From NCBI RefSeq assembly GCF_012964435.1, contig NZ_DTTX01000090.1: a stretch of 64,000 bases of DNA; one strand, 5' to 3'. Made by a program: the position numbers and the translations under genes. A model generated the notes under the pieces. That model was given only the letters and a program-made list of their open reading frames with translations. It did not search any database and was not told the origin of the DNA. How positions within the stretch are numbered: position 1 is the stretch's first letter; every line of letters begins with the position of its first letter. Source of the DNA: Mesonia sp. GTDB taxonomy: Bacteria > Bacteroidota > Bacteroidia > Flavobacteriales > Flavobacteriaceae. Of the stretch, positions 38,984-47,934 are shown piece after piece.

Positions 38984-40279
38984 ATGTACCAAAAGCAAAC
39001 CAAAGGATTGTCAATTTTACTACTCTTAATTTCCCCAATATTAGGTCTATTTTTTGGTGTAAAAAATTTAACTTGGAAAAATAGAAAGCTTATAATTCTA
39101 CTTTTTTCTTGTATCTATGGTTCGTTGATCACTTATGAGGATGGAGCAGATGCAGGAAGGTATATTGACATGGTCGATAGGTACAATCTAATGTCTTTTT
39201 CAGATTTTATAGATCATATATTTAGTATCCTAAATTTAGAATTGGTTTACGGCTATCCTACAGACCTCTATGTTCATTTTTTGGCTTATTTTGTTGGTTC
39301 TTTAATTGGTTTTTCAGCTCTATTTTATCCGATTGTTGGTTTTATATACGGTTATTTTTATGCAGGTGCCTTAGAGAAGGTTTTAAAGTTTCAAAAGAAA
39401 AGACAAATAACTATTTTTTTAATATTTACGGTTGCCTTATTTGTAATACATAGAAGTTTTGAAAATATGCAAACAGTTAGAAGCTGGACGGGTATGTGGG
39501 TTCTTTTTAATGGTGTACTTGGTTATTTTCAAACAAAAAATAAAAAATATCTTTTCTTAATAGCTATCACACCTTTTTTTCATTTTGCATATTTAATATT
39601 GGCGTTGCCATCAATCGCGGCTTTATTTGCAAATAGAGTGAATGTTAAAGTTATAGTTGTGGTTTATTTATTATCTTTTTTTGGAACTATTGGTGGTGAT
39701 CAAGTAATCAATCTGTCTAAACAAAACGAATTAGCAGAAAGAAAGGTGAAATCTTATTATAGAGAAGATAAATATGGTAATGAAATTGATGTAATTGAAG
39801 AAAGGATTGACTCATCTGAAAGTGTTTGGTATGCAAAATATGGGAAAACAGATTCAGTTTATTGGGGAGGAAATGCTTTTTCGTTATTTTTGATTGCTTT
39901 CGGGTTTTATAGAAAACGTATGACCATTGCAGAAAGTGGAGTATTTACTGCTGGTATTTTGACAGCTGTTCTTGCGAATTTAGGTTCTTTTGCTTACGGA
40001 TTTTATAGTAGGACAATGGCATGTGCAGTGACGTTTATGTTAGCAACTGTTGTAATGATCGCGATTAGAGATGGTTTTAGAGATAAAGAACTCAAGAACT
40101 ATAGAAACGTACAGTTTTTTAAATGGTTTTGTGTCATTCTATTTATACCCAAAATAATTTACTTTATAGCAAATTTTTTAGTGATGACAAGTGCATTTAA
40201 TTTAATCTTTCCGTTTATGTGTTGGTTTAATCCGGATCTAAATTTTTCAATTCGAGAATTTTTAGGTGTTTTTATATGA
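38984..40279 (+). CDS. polytopic membrane protein, probable Wzy/EpsG-type polysaccharide polymerase
   Basis: 431 aa, about 10-12 TM helices, no soluble domains. It is the only polymerase candidate in a Wzx-containing locus. Confidence 0.55.
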   Translation: MYQKQTKGLSILLLLISPILGLFFGVKNLTWKNRKLIILLFSCIYGSLITYEDGADAGRYIDMVDRYNLMSFSDFIDHIFSILNLELVYGYPTDLYVHFLAYFVGSLIGFSALFYPIVGFIYGYFYAGALEKVLKFQKKRQITIFLIFTVALFVIHRSFENMQTVRSWTGMWVLFNGVLGYFQTKNKKYLFLIAITPFFHFAYLILALPSIAALFANRVNVKVIVVVYLLSFFGTIGGDQVINLSKQNELAERKVKSYYREDKYGNEIDVIEERIDSSESVWYAKYGKTDSVYWGGNAFSLFLIAFGFYRKRMTIAESGVFTAGILTAVLANLGSFAYGFYSRTMACAVTFMLATVVMIAIRDGFRDKELKNYRNVQFFKWFCVILFIPKIIYFIANFLVMTSAFNLIFPFMCWFNPDLNFSIREFLGVFI

Positions 40280-41370
40280 TTGATAAATTAAAAAAAATTT
40301 TAATAAATCTTCCGGGTTGGCGAACTAACTCAAAAGTAATAGTAATTGAAAGTGATGATTGGGGAAGCATAAGATCATCATCTAATAAAGCTTTAGAAGA
40401 TTTAAAAAATAGCGGCATTAAAGTTGATAATTGCAGTTATATGCAAAATGATGCAATAGCTTCAAATGAAGATTTAGAATTGTTATTTAATATTCTTGCA
40501 AAAAAAAATACTCCCAAAATAACAGCTAATTTTTTAACTTCTAATCCAGATTTTAATAAGATAAAAGAAAGTGGCTTTAACAGATATTATAGTGAATCTA
40601 TTTTAGAAACCGTAAAGCGATATCCAAAACATGATAATGCAAAAAATTTATGGCTTGAGGGTAAGAATCAAGGTTTTTTTTACCCTCAGTTGCATGGTCG
40701 TGAACACTTAAATATTCCCAGGTGGTTACAAGATCTAAAAGATGGTAATGAAGAAACTTTACTTGCTTTTAAGCATAAAATGTTTGGTGTAAGCGCACAT
40801 ATTGTACAAAAACGACGTGCTAGTTATCAAGCTGCTTTAGATGGGAATTTTTCGGTAGATCTTCACGATAAGAAAAGCATTATAAAAGAGGCAGTTCAAG
40901 AATTTAATCAAATTTTTGGCTTTAAACCAGAAAGCTTTATTGCTCCAAATTATATTTGGGATTCTCTAGTAGAAAAGGCACTGGCTCAAGAAAAAGTTAT
41001 GTTTTTGCAGGGTACGCATATACAACGATTACCTAGAGGGTTAGGAGAAAAACTTCAATATAGAAGGCACGCTTTAGGAGATGTTAATGAGTATGATCAA
41101 AAATACTTGGTTAGAAATGCTTTTTTTGAACCATCATCAAATAAAGATAAAGATTGGGTAGACAGTTGCTTGTCTGAAATTAAAATTGCATTTTTAATGC
41201 GAAAGCCCGCAATTATATCAAGCCACCGAGTAAACTTCGTTGGGTTTCTTAATCAAAAAAATAGAGATCAAAACTTAAAATTATTTGAAGAGCTAATTAA
41301 GAGAATAAATAAAAATTGGCCAGGTGTACATTATTTAACCACTGCAGAATTAACCAAACTAATCGGATGA
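40276..41370 (+). CDS. uncharacterised protein with deacetylase-like DDWG / HGREH motifs (paralogue of 47931-49052)
   Basis: Strings shared with its paralogue: ESDDWGSIR, NPDF.KIKE, HGREHLN, RNAFFEPSS, DWVDSCL, KPA.IS.HRVN. The DD and H..EH pattern recalls the NodB/CE4 metal site. Confidence 0.45.
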   Translation: MIDKLKKILINLPGWRTNSKVIVIESDDWGSIRSSSNKALEDLKNSGIKVDNCSYMQNDAIASNEDLELLFNILAKKNTPKITANFLTSNPDFNKIKESGFNRYYSESILETVKRYPKHDNAKNLWLEGKNQGFFYPQLHGREHLNIPRWLQDLKDGNEETLLAFKHKMFGVSAHIVQKRRASYQAALDGNFSVDLHDKKSIIKEAVQEFNQIFGFKPESFIAPNYIWDSLVEKALAQEKVMFLQGTHIQRLPRGLGEKLQYRRHALGDVNEYDQKYLVRNAFFEPSSNKDKDWVDSCLSEIKIAFLMRKPAIISSHRVNFVGFLNQKNRDQNLKLFEELIKRINKNWPGVHYLTTAELTKLIG

Positions 41371-42317
41371 AAATATTAATCACAGGTGACTTTTGCCCAA
41401 TAGGAAGAGCAACAAATAAATCTGCAGAGCAAGTTTTTGGTGAAGAAACCTTAGAGTTGATCAACTCTGCAGACCTAGCGATTACCAATTTAGAATGCCC
41501 GCTAACCAATAGTGAGCAAAAAATTTCGAAGTCTGGACCCAACTTAAAAGTAGAACCCTTCTCAATAAATCTTTTAAAAGGGGCAGGTTTTAATTTTGTA
41601 ACATTAGCTAATAATCACATATTAGATTATGGTTGTGAGGGTTTAATAGATACCCTTGATGTTTTAAATTCAAATGAAATAGGTTATGTAGGTGCAGGGA
41701 AAGTAGATGATGATATTTCAACACAATATTTTAAGTTTTTGAAAAAAACTCTAGCAATAATAAACGTTTGCGAGAATGAATGGTCTACAGAGCCAAACTT
41801 AGGTTATAAAGCTTATGGTCTCGATGAAATCGAAATGTATAATCAAATCACTAAGTTGAAAAATGAAGTAGATTATATTTTAGTAGTACATCACGGCGGA
41901 AATGAATTTTACAACCTTCCGGCTCCAAGATTAAAGAAGCTTTTTAGATTTTTTGTAGATATAGGAGCAGATGCGGTTATTAATCATCATACTCATTGTA
42001 TAAGTGGAATGGAGATTTATAAAAATTCTCCTATATTTTATTCATTAGGAAATTTTGTTTTTGATAATCAAAATTATGAATCTACAGATTGGAATTTTGG
42101 CTTAGGAATAATGCTAAATTTCAATGATGCTAAATTGAGTTATGAAACCTATGTTTTTGAACAATTTGGAAAAGAAGCTAAAGTTGACCTTTTAGGCTCT
42201 AAACACGAATATCACCAGAAAATTTTAGATCTAAATAAAAAGGTTCAAGACGATAAGAAATTAGATGAATCTTATAAGGCGTTTATAAAAAATAAAAGTA
42301 AATTATATAATTCTTAG
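41367..42317 (+). CDS. CapA/PGA_cap-family metallophosphoesterase-like protein (no TM anchor)
   Basis: ILITGDFCP, ITNLECPLT, LANNHILDYG, VVHHGGNEF, DAVINHHTHC, YSLGNFVFD. ATGA overlap with the upstream gene makes 41367 the likely start. The ORF-track 41316 extension is not supported. Confidence 0.75.
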   Translation: MKILITGDFCPIGRATNKSAEQVFGEETLELINSADLAITNLECPLTNSEQKISKSGPNLKVEPFSINLLKGAGFNFVTLANNHILDYGCEGLIDTLDVLNSNEIGYVGAGKVDDDISTQYFKFLKKTLAIINVCENEWSTEPNLGYKAYGLDEIEMYNQITKLKNEVDYILVVHHGGNEFYNLPAPRLKKLFRFFVDIGADAVINHHTHCISGMEIYKNSPIFYSLGNFVFDNQNYESTDWNFGLGIMLNFNDAKLSYETYVFEQFGKEAKVDLLGSKHEYHQKILDLNKKVQDDKKLDESYKAFIKNKSKLYNS

Positions 42318-42436
42318 ATTAGCTCTCAAAAATAGAAACATATTGCCTTCTTCATGGAATTCAAAAAAAAGATTGATTTTAAGAAATTTAATAACTTGTG
42401 AATCCCACCGAGATGTAGTAAAGAAATTACTTAATA

Positions 42437-43468
42437 ATGAAAATAGCAATTCATAATAGTAAACAAGGTTTTCATCCTCGATGGATAGATTATTGTAAAG
42501 AAAACAATATAGAATATAAATTAGTAGATTGTTATTCTAATCTTGTGATAGATCAATTAAAAGGTTGTAGTAGTTTATTTTGGCATTATAATCATCTAAA
42601 TCCAAAAGATATGGTCATTGCGAAGCAAATACTTTTTGCTTTAGAACATTCTGGATTTAAAGTTTTTCCTAATTTTAAAACTGCTTGGCATTTTGATGAT
42701 AAAATTGGCCAAAAATATCTTTTAAAAGCCTTAAACTTACCATTAGTGCCATCTTATGTCTTTTTTGATCAAAAATCAGCTTTTGAATGGATTCGTAATA
42801 CTAGCTTTCCTAAAGTTTTTAAGCTAAGAAAGGGCGCCGGCTCTGCAAATGTAAGATTGATTAATAATTCTAAACAAGCTAAAAAAATAATACGTCACTC
42901 TTTTAATAAAGGGTTTAATCTTTACAATTCTTGGACAGAATTAAAAGAAAGAATTTATAAGTATCAAAATGGTAAAAGTTCTACATCAAATCTTTTAAAA
43001 GGATTTGCAAGATGCTTTTATCCTCCAAAATTCTCAAAAATTAGCGGTAAGGAGATAGGTTATGTTTACTTTCAAGAGTTTATCCCTAATAATGATAGTG
43101 ATACTAGAATTATAATAATTGATAATAAAGCTTTTGCTTTAAAGCGAATGGTTAGAAAAGGTGACTTTAGAGCTTCAGGTAGTGGAGAATTTTATTATGA
43201 GAGAAGCAACTTCGATTTATCCTGTGTGCGTTTAGCTTTTGAAGCAAATAAGAAAATTCAATCACAATGCATAGCATACGATTTCATTTTTGATGAAGAC
43301 AAAAAACCATTAATTGTAGAGATAAGCTACGGTTTTTCTCCTAGCGGATATGATAAGTGTCCAGGTTATTGGGATCAAAATTTACAATGGTACGAAACGA
43401 GCTTTAATCCTTATGGTTGGATGATAAATACATTAATATTAGGAGGGGAGAGTAAAAATAAGATATGA
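42437..43468 (+). CDS. ATP-grasp-fold ligase
   Basis: FPKVFKLRKGAGSANVRLI, VYFQEFIPNNDSDTRIIIIDNKAF, GDFRASGSGEFYYE, PLIVEISY. These fit the ATP-grasp (RimK-like) pattern. Confidence 0.6.
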   Translation: MKIAIHNSKQGFHPRWIDYCKENNIEYKLVDCYSNLVIDQLKGCSSLFWHYNHLNPKDMVIAKQILFALEHSGFKVFPNFKTAWHFDDKIGQKYLLKALNLPLVPSYVFFDQKSAFEWIRNTSFPKVFKLRKGAGSANVRLINNSKQAKKIIRHSFNKGFNLYNSWTELKERIYKYQNGKSSTSNLLKGFARCFYPPKFSKISGKEIGYVYFQEFIPNNDSDTRIIIIDNKAFALKRMVRKGDFRASGSGEFYYERSNFDLSCVRLAFEANKKIQSQCIAYDFIFDEDKKPLIVEISYGFSPSGYDKCPGYWDQNLQWYETSFNPYGWMINTLILGGESKNKI

Positions 43469-44025
43469 TTCAAAATTTCAAAGACTTAAAATATTATTTA
43501 AAAGAAGATAGAAGAGCATTGAATGTTAAAAGAGGAGGTGTTATAGGATATCTAAAAGCAATTGTCTACCTCAATTTTACATATTTATTTCAAGTCAACC
43601 TTAGAATAGCAGAATATTTTTCAAACAATAATGGATTAATAAATAAAATTTTATCACTTGGTTTTAAATATAAATATAATATTTTAGGAGTAATATGTGG
43701 CTTTTCGATACCTATAAATACATTTGGTCCTGGCTTAGCGATAGTTCATCGAGGGACCATAGTTGTTCATCATAATGCAAGAATAGGTGCTAACTGTAGA
43801 ATACACGTTTGTACTAATATAGGGGCTACAGGAGGGAGTGATAAAGCTCCAATTATTGGTGAAAATGTATATATTGGACCGGGGGTTAAAATTTACGGTA
43901 ATATTAGAATTGCCAATAGTGTAGCCATAGCAGCTAATTCTGCAGTAAATAAATCTATTTTTAAAGAAAATGTGACTGTAGGTGGTGTCCCCGCTAGCAT
44001 AATTAGAGATGTGAATGCAAACTAA
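43465..44025 (+). CDS. hexapeptide-repeat O-acetyltransferase (serine acetyltransferase-like)
   Basis: CysE/WcaB-like N-terminal helix region, then hexapeptide repeats (IGANCRIHVCTNIG; IGENVYIGPGVKIYGNIRIANSVAIAANS). Confidence 0.75.
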   Translation: MIQNFKDLKYYLKEDRRALNVKRGGVIGYLKAIVYLNFTYLFQVNLRIAEYFSNNNGLINKILSLGFKYKYNILGVICGFSIPINTFGPGLAIVHRGTIVVHHNARIGANCRIHVCTNIGATGGSDKAPIIGENVYIGPGVKIYGNIRIANSVAIAANSAVNKSIFKENVTVGGVPASIIRDVNAN

Positions 44026-44058
44026 AAAGTAATCTTTAATAAGAAAAATATAAATACT

Positions 44059-44760
44059 TTGAGTTTAAAAGTATATACCAAACAGAATGTTCAGCTTTAT
44101 AAAATTTGGTTTTTTGTAAAGCAAAATTTATTTAAGCAAATGCTTAAAGTAAGGTTGCCATATAAAAATGACGATTTTTATTTAGATGGTTATCCTAGAA
44201 GTGGTAATACATTTTGTGTTAGTTTTATTAAGCGCTTTTATCCCACTAAAAACTTTTCACACCATTTGCATTCAATTGCTGGTTTTAAAATCGCCTTAAA
44301 ATTTAACCTTAAGTGTTTTGCATTATTTAGAGATCCATTAGATGCTGTTGCTTCATTAGCTATAATGCAAAATTTCTATGGTAAATGGAACAAAGAATCA
44401 AATTCTTTATTATCTGATAATTTAAACGAATACATAAGTTATTATCAATATTTAATTTTAAATAAAAACAAAATTGAGTTTATAGAATTTGACGCTATTA
44501 TTAACAGTATAACTTTAAAAGAATTTTTTGAGAAAAATATTGAGAGCAATAATATCACAAGTGAAGATTTAAATAACTTCGAAATTGATTTTAAAAGCCA
44601 TCAAAAAACAAAACCATCTCTGAGGTCAAGTTCTCCCAATAAGACTCGTAATTTAGAAAAAGAAAATGTTAAGAAATTAATACGAGCTTTACCTAATTAT
44701 CCCCAAGCATTAAAAGTGTTTAACGAGATGAAAGAAATTGTAGAAAGTGAGCATAAGTAA
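44059..44760 (+). CDS. sulfotransferase-like protein
   Basis: 5'-PSB-like loop GYPRSGNTF and 3'-PB-like FALFRDPLDAVASL. TTG start in the ORF track; ATG at 44140 is the alternative. Confidence 0.6.
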   Translation: MSLKVYTKQNVQLYKIWFFVKQNLFKQMLKVRLPYKNDDFYLDGYPRSGNTFCVSFIKRFYPTKNFSHHLHSIAGFKIALKFNLKCFALFRDPLDAVASLAIMQNFYGKWNKESNSLLSDNLNEYISYYQYLILNKNKIEFIEFDAIINSITLKEFFEKNIESNNITSEDLNNFEIDFKSHQKTKPSLRSSSPNKTRNLEKENVKKLIRALPNYPQALKVFNEMKEIVESEHK

Positions 44761-45643
44761 TACTGTAATTTTATTTGGTACAGGAAGATCAGGTTCAACT
44801 GTATTTATGGAGGCTTTTTTTAGGCATCCAGATATTGCTTATTTTTCAAATTATTTAGAAAAAAAACCCGATTTACTTCAACTTAACTATTTTAGATATG
44901 TGTTTGATAATGATATCTATAGGGTTTTTGGAAAAAAAAAGCAACTTAATAATAGATCTACTATTGAAAGGCTAATATTTAAACCTTCAGAAGCATATCC
45001 TGTATGGTCTTATTTATGCAATAATGAAGTTGATTTTTCAAGAGATTTTTTATATCAAACAAAGCCGTCAGATTTATTAAAACAAAGTATTTGTACCTAT
45101 TCTAAGCAGGTAGTAAATATTCAAAATAAAAATAGGCTAGCTATTAAAATTACCGGTCCCGGAAGAATATATTTTTTAAATCAAATATTTCCTCAAGCCA
45201 AAAATATATGGCTTAAAAGAAAATTTTTACCGACACTTAAATCATTTTTAGAAGTAAGCTTCTGGCAAAATAGAAAATCTGATACGCCTTGGTGGGGGGG
45301 AGTTTATAACGATCAAGAAAAAGAAGTTTTAACTAAGTATGCAGGTGACCCTATAATTTTTACAGCCTTGCAGATTAAGAAAATCATAGATTTAATTGAA
45401 GCAGAAATAAGAGATAATGATTTTGAAGTATTTTCAATAAACTATGAAGATTTGGTGATGAAACCAACCAAAACCTTACAAGATGCATTAGATTTTGCCG
45501 GCTTAGAAAAAGATTCAAGCTGTTTTGACTATCTAAATAGTAATAAGCTAGTAAATAGAAATAAAGAAATTGAAAATTACTTTACTAATAATAAGATAGA
45601 TGAACTCAATAACTTGTTAGGTATAGATGTTACTCAAATTTAA
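44747..45643 (+). CDS. sulfotransferase-like protein (Sulfotransfer_3-like)
   Basis: N-terminal loop ILFGTGRSGSTVF. The second motif is weak. GTG start overlapping the previous gene. Confidence 0.5.
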   Translation: MSISNTVILFGTGRSGSTVFMEAFFRHPDIAYFSNYLEKKPDLLQLNYFRYVFDNDIYRVFGKKKQLNNRSTIERLIFKPSEAYPVWSYLCNNEVDFSRDFLYQTKPSDLLKQSICTYSKQVVNIQNKNRLAIKITGPGRIYFLNQIFPQAKNIWLKRKFLPTLKSFLEVSFWQNRKSDTPWWGGVYNDQEKEVLTKYAGDPIIFTALQIKKIIDLIEAEIRDNDFEVFSINYEDLVMKPTKTLQDALDFAGLEKDSSCFDYLNSNKLVNRNKEIENYFTNNKIDELNNLLGIDVTQI

Positions 45644-45652
45644 ATAAAAGTC

Positions 45653-46741
45653 TTGAAAAAAAAACTAAAAATACTATGCGCAATTCAATCTTTGCAGGTT
45701 GGTGGGATGGAAAGGGTAATGTCTCAATTGATCAATGAGTTTTCAAAAAAACCAGATGTTGAACTTCATTTGTTGCTCTATGGTATTTCACGTGAAGTCT
45801 TTTATACTATTCCGAAGAATGTGAAAATTCATCAACCTTCCTTTGTATTTAATAATAAATTCAGAGTTTATTTTACGATTAAAACACTTTTTTTTATTAG
45901 AAAAACCGTGAAAAAATTATCGCCAGAAACTATTTTGAATTTTGGGGAATATTGGAATAATTTTTTCTTATTAGCAGTTATTGGTCTTCGCTTTCCGGTA
46001 TTTATTTCAGATAGATGTCAGCCTAATAAAAGTCTAGGTAGATTCCACGATCTATTAAGAAAATTTTTATACCCAAAATCTACTGGAGTTATTGCGCAAA
46101 CAGAAATGGCTAAAAGCATTTTTTTAAAACTTTATAAGCATAATAATATTAAGGTAATCGGAAACCCTATTAATTTGATGCCTAAAGAAGATGATAAACC
46201 AAGAAAGAACATCGTTTTAATAGTGGGGCGTTTAATAAAGACTAAACATCACAAAGAGCTTATAAATCTTTTTGTCAAAATTAATAAACCCAATTGGGAA
46301 TTACATATTATTGGTGGTAACGCTTTAAATCAAACTAATTTTGAAAGTTTGAATGCTTTAGTGAAAAATTTAAATGCAGAGAATACCGTAAAATTATTAG
46401 GCTCGAAAGCAGAAATTTTTAAATATTATCATCAAAGTAAGATTTTTGCATTTACATCTAGCTCAGAAGGTTTTCCGAATGTTATTGGTGAGGCAATGTC
46501 AGCGGGACTGCCAGTTATTGCGTTTGATTGTATTGCAGGTCCTTCAGAAATGATTAAGCATCATGAAAACGGCAGTTTAGTTGAAGTTAGAAATTTTACA
46601 GAATTTCAAAAAGAATTAGCAGCTTATATGGACTCAGAGATGTTAATTAGAAAAAGAGGAGATAAGGCAAAAAAAACGATACAAGAATTTAACGCTAGTA
46701 AAATTGCCGATAAGTATTTTCATTTTATAACCAATATCTAA
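45653..46741 (+). CDS. GT4-family glycosyltransferase
   Basis: EX7E region SSSEGFPNVIGEAMSAGLPVIAFD. TTG start. Confidence 0.8.
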   Translation: MKKKLKILCAIQSLQVGGMERVMSQLINEFSKKPDVELHLLLYGISREVFYTIPKNVKIHQPSFVFNNKFRVYFTIKTLFFIRKTVKKLSPETILNFGEYWNNFFLLAVIGLRFPVFISDRCQPNKSLGRFHDLLRKFLYPKSTGVIAQTEMAKSIFLKLYKHNNIKVIGNPINLMPKEDDKPRKNIVLIVGRLIKTKHHKELINLFVKINKPNWELHIIGGNALNQTNFESLNALVKNLNAENTVKLLGSKAEIFKYYHQSKIFAFTSSSEGFPNVIGEAMSAGLPVIAFDCIAGPSEMIKHHENGSLVEVRNFTEFQKELAAYMDSEMLIRKRGDKAKKTIQEFNASKIADKYFHFITNI

Positions 46742-47934
46742 TGAAAGTCCTTCAAATAAATACTGTTGTAAATTCTGGAAGTACCGGTAGAATTGCAGAA
46801 GAAATTGGTGAGTTGCTATTGCAAAATAATCACGAAAGCCTCATAGCTTATGGCCGAGGTAAAGGAAAGAGTTCTTCGAAATTATTAAAAATTGGAAATA
46901 AATTTGATCAATATAAACATGGTTTATCTACACTTTTATTCGACAAGCACGGTCTTTCTTCTATAACTTCTACCCGAAAAGCTATTAATGAAATTGAGAG
47001 TTTTAAGCCAGACATCATTCATTTACATAATATTCATGGTTATTATTTAAACTATAAAGAATTATTTGATTACATAAAGTCTAAATCTAAGCCGATAGTT
47101 TGGACATTTCATGATGCGTGGCCTATAACAGGACATTGTTCTTATTTTGATAGTGTAGGGTGTGAAAAGTGGAAAACTCATTGTAATAATTGCCCAATAA
47201 CTAATCATTATCCCAAAAGTTTATCTGATAGAAGTTTTAAAAATTTTGAAGATAAATTAGGAAGTTATGGTAACTATGATCTGCATATAGTTACTCCGAG
47301 TAAGTGGCTAAAGACAATAGTTGAATCTTCTTTTTTAAAAAATAATAAAATTATAAAAATTCATAATGGTATAGATATCGATAAGTTCAAAATTTTAAAT
47401 TTAAAAAGAACAGAACAGAAAATTATTCTAGGAGTTGCTAGCACTTGGGATAAAAGAAAAGGCTTGAAAGATTTTATAGAGTTGTCTAAACAATTAAATA
47501 AAAACTATTCAATTGTACTTATCGGTCTTTCAAAAAAACAAATTAAAGGTTTACCAAATAATATAAAAGGTATTGAGCGTACAGAAAGTATAGATGACCT
47601 TGTTAATTGGTATAATAAAGCAAGTTTTTTTATTAATCCTACTTATGTAGATAATTTCCCTACTACAAATATAGAGGCTCTTGCCTGTGGAACCCCAATT
47701 ATTACCTATGATACCGGAGGGAGTGCTGAGGCAATTAAGAATGAATCAGAGGTAGGTTATGTCGTAGAGAAAGGGAATGTTTCAAGAATAGCAGAAATAA
47801 TTGAAAATTTCAGTTATTCTGAAGATGTAGGCTTGAAGTGTAGAGATTCGGCAATTAAACATTTTAATAAAATTGAGCGGTACTTAGATTACATTAATCT
47901 TTATCATTCTATTTTGAAAAAAAAAGAAATATGA
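46741..47934 (+). CDS. GT4-family glycosyltransferase
   Basis: C-terminal YVDNFPTTNIEALACGTPIITYDTGGSAE. TAATG overlap with the previous gene. Confidence 0.75.
   Translation: MKVLQINTVVNSGSTGRIAEEIGELLLQNNHESLIAYGRGKGKSSSKLLKIGNKFDQYKHGLSTLLFDKHGLSSITSTRKAINEIESFKPDIIHLHNIHGYYLNYKELFDYIKSKSKPIVWTFHDAWPITGHCSYFDSVGCEKWKTHCNNCPITNHYPKSLSDRSFKNFEDKLGSYGNYDLHIVTPSKWLKTIVESSFLKNNKIIKIHNGIDIDKFKILNLKRTEQKIILGVASTWDKRKGLKDFIELSKQLNKNYSIVLIGLSKKQIKGLPNNIKGIERTESIDDLVNWYNKASFFINPTYVDNFPTTNIEALACGTPIITYDTGGSAEAIKNESEVGYVVEKGNVSRIAEIIENFSYSEDVGLKCRDSAIKHFNKIERYLDYINLYHSILKKKEI

Noticed and set aside
41316-41366. N-terminal extension (MARCTLFNHCRINQTNR) of the CapA-like ORF given in the ORF track
   Set aside because: It lies entirely within the upstream gene. 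ATG 41367 forms an ATGA overlap typical of this operon and starts the conserved MKILITGDF metallophosphoesterase motif.
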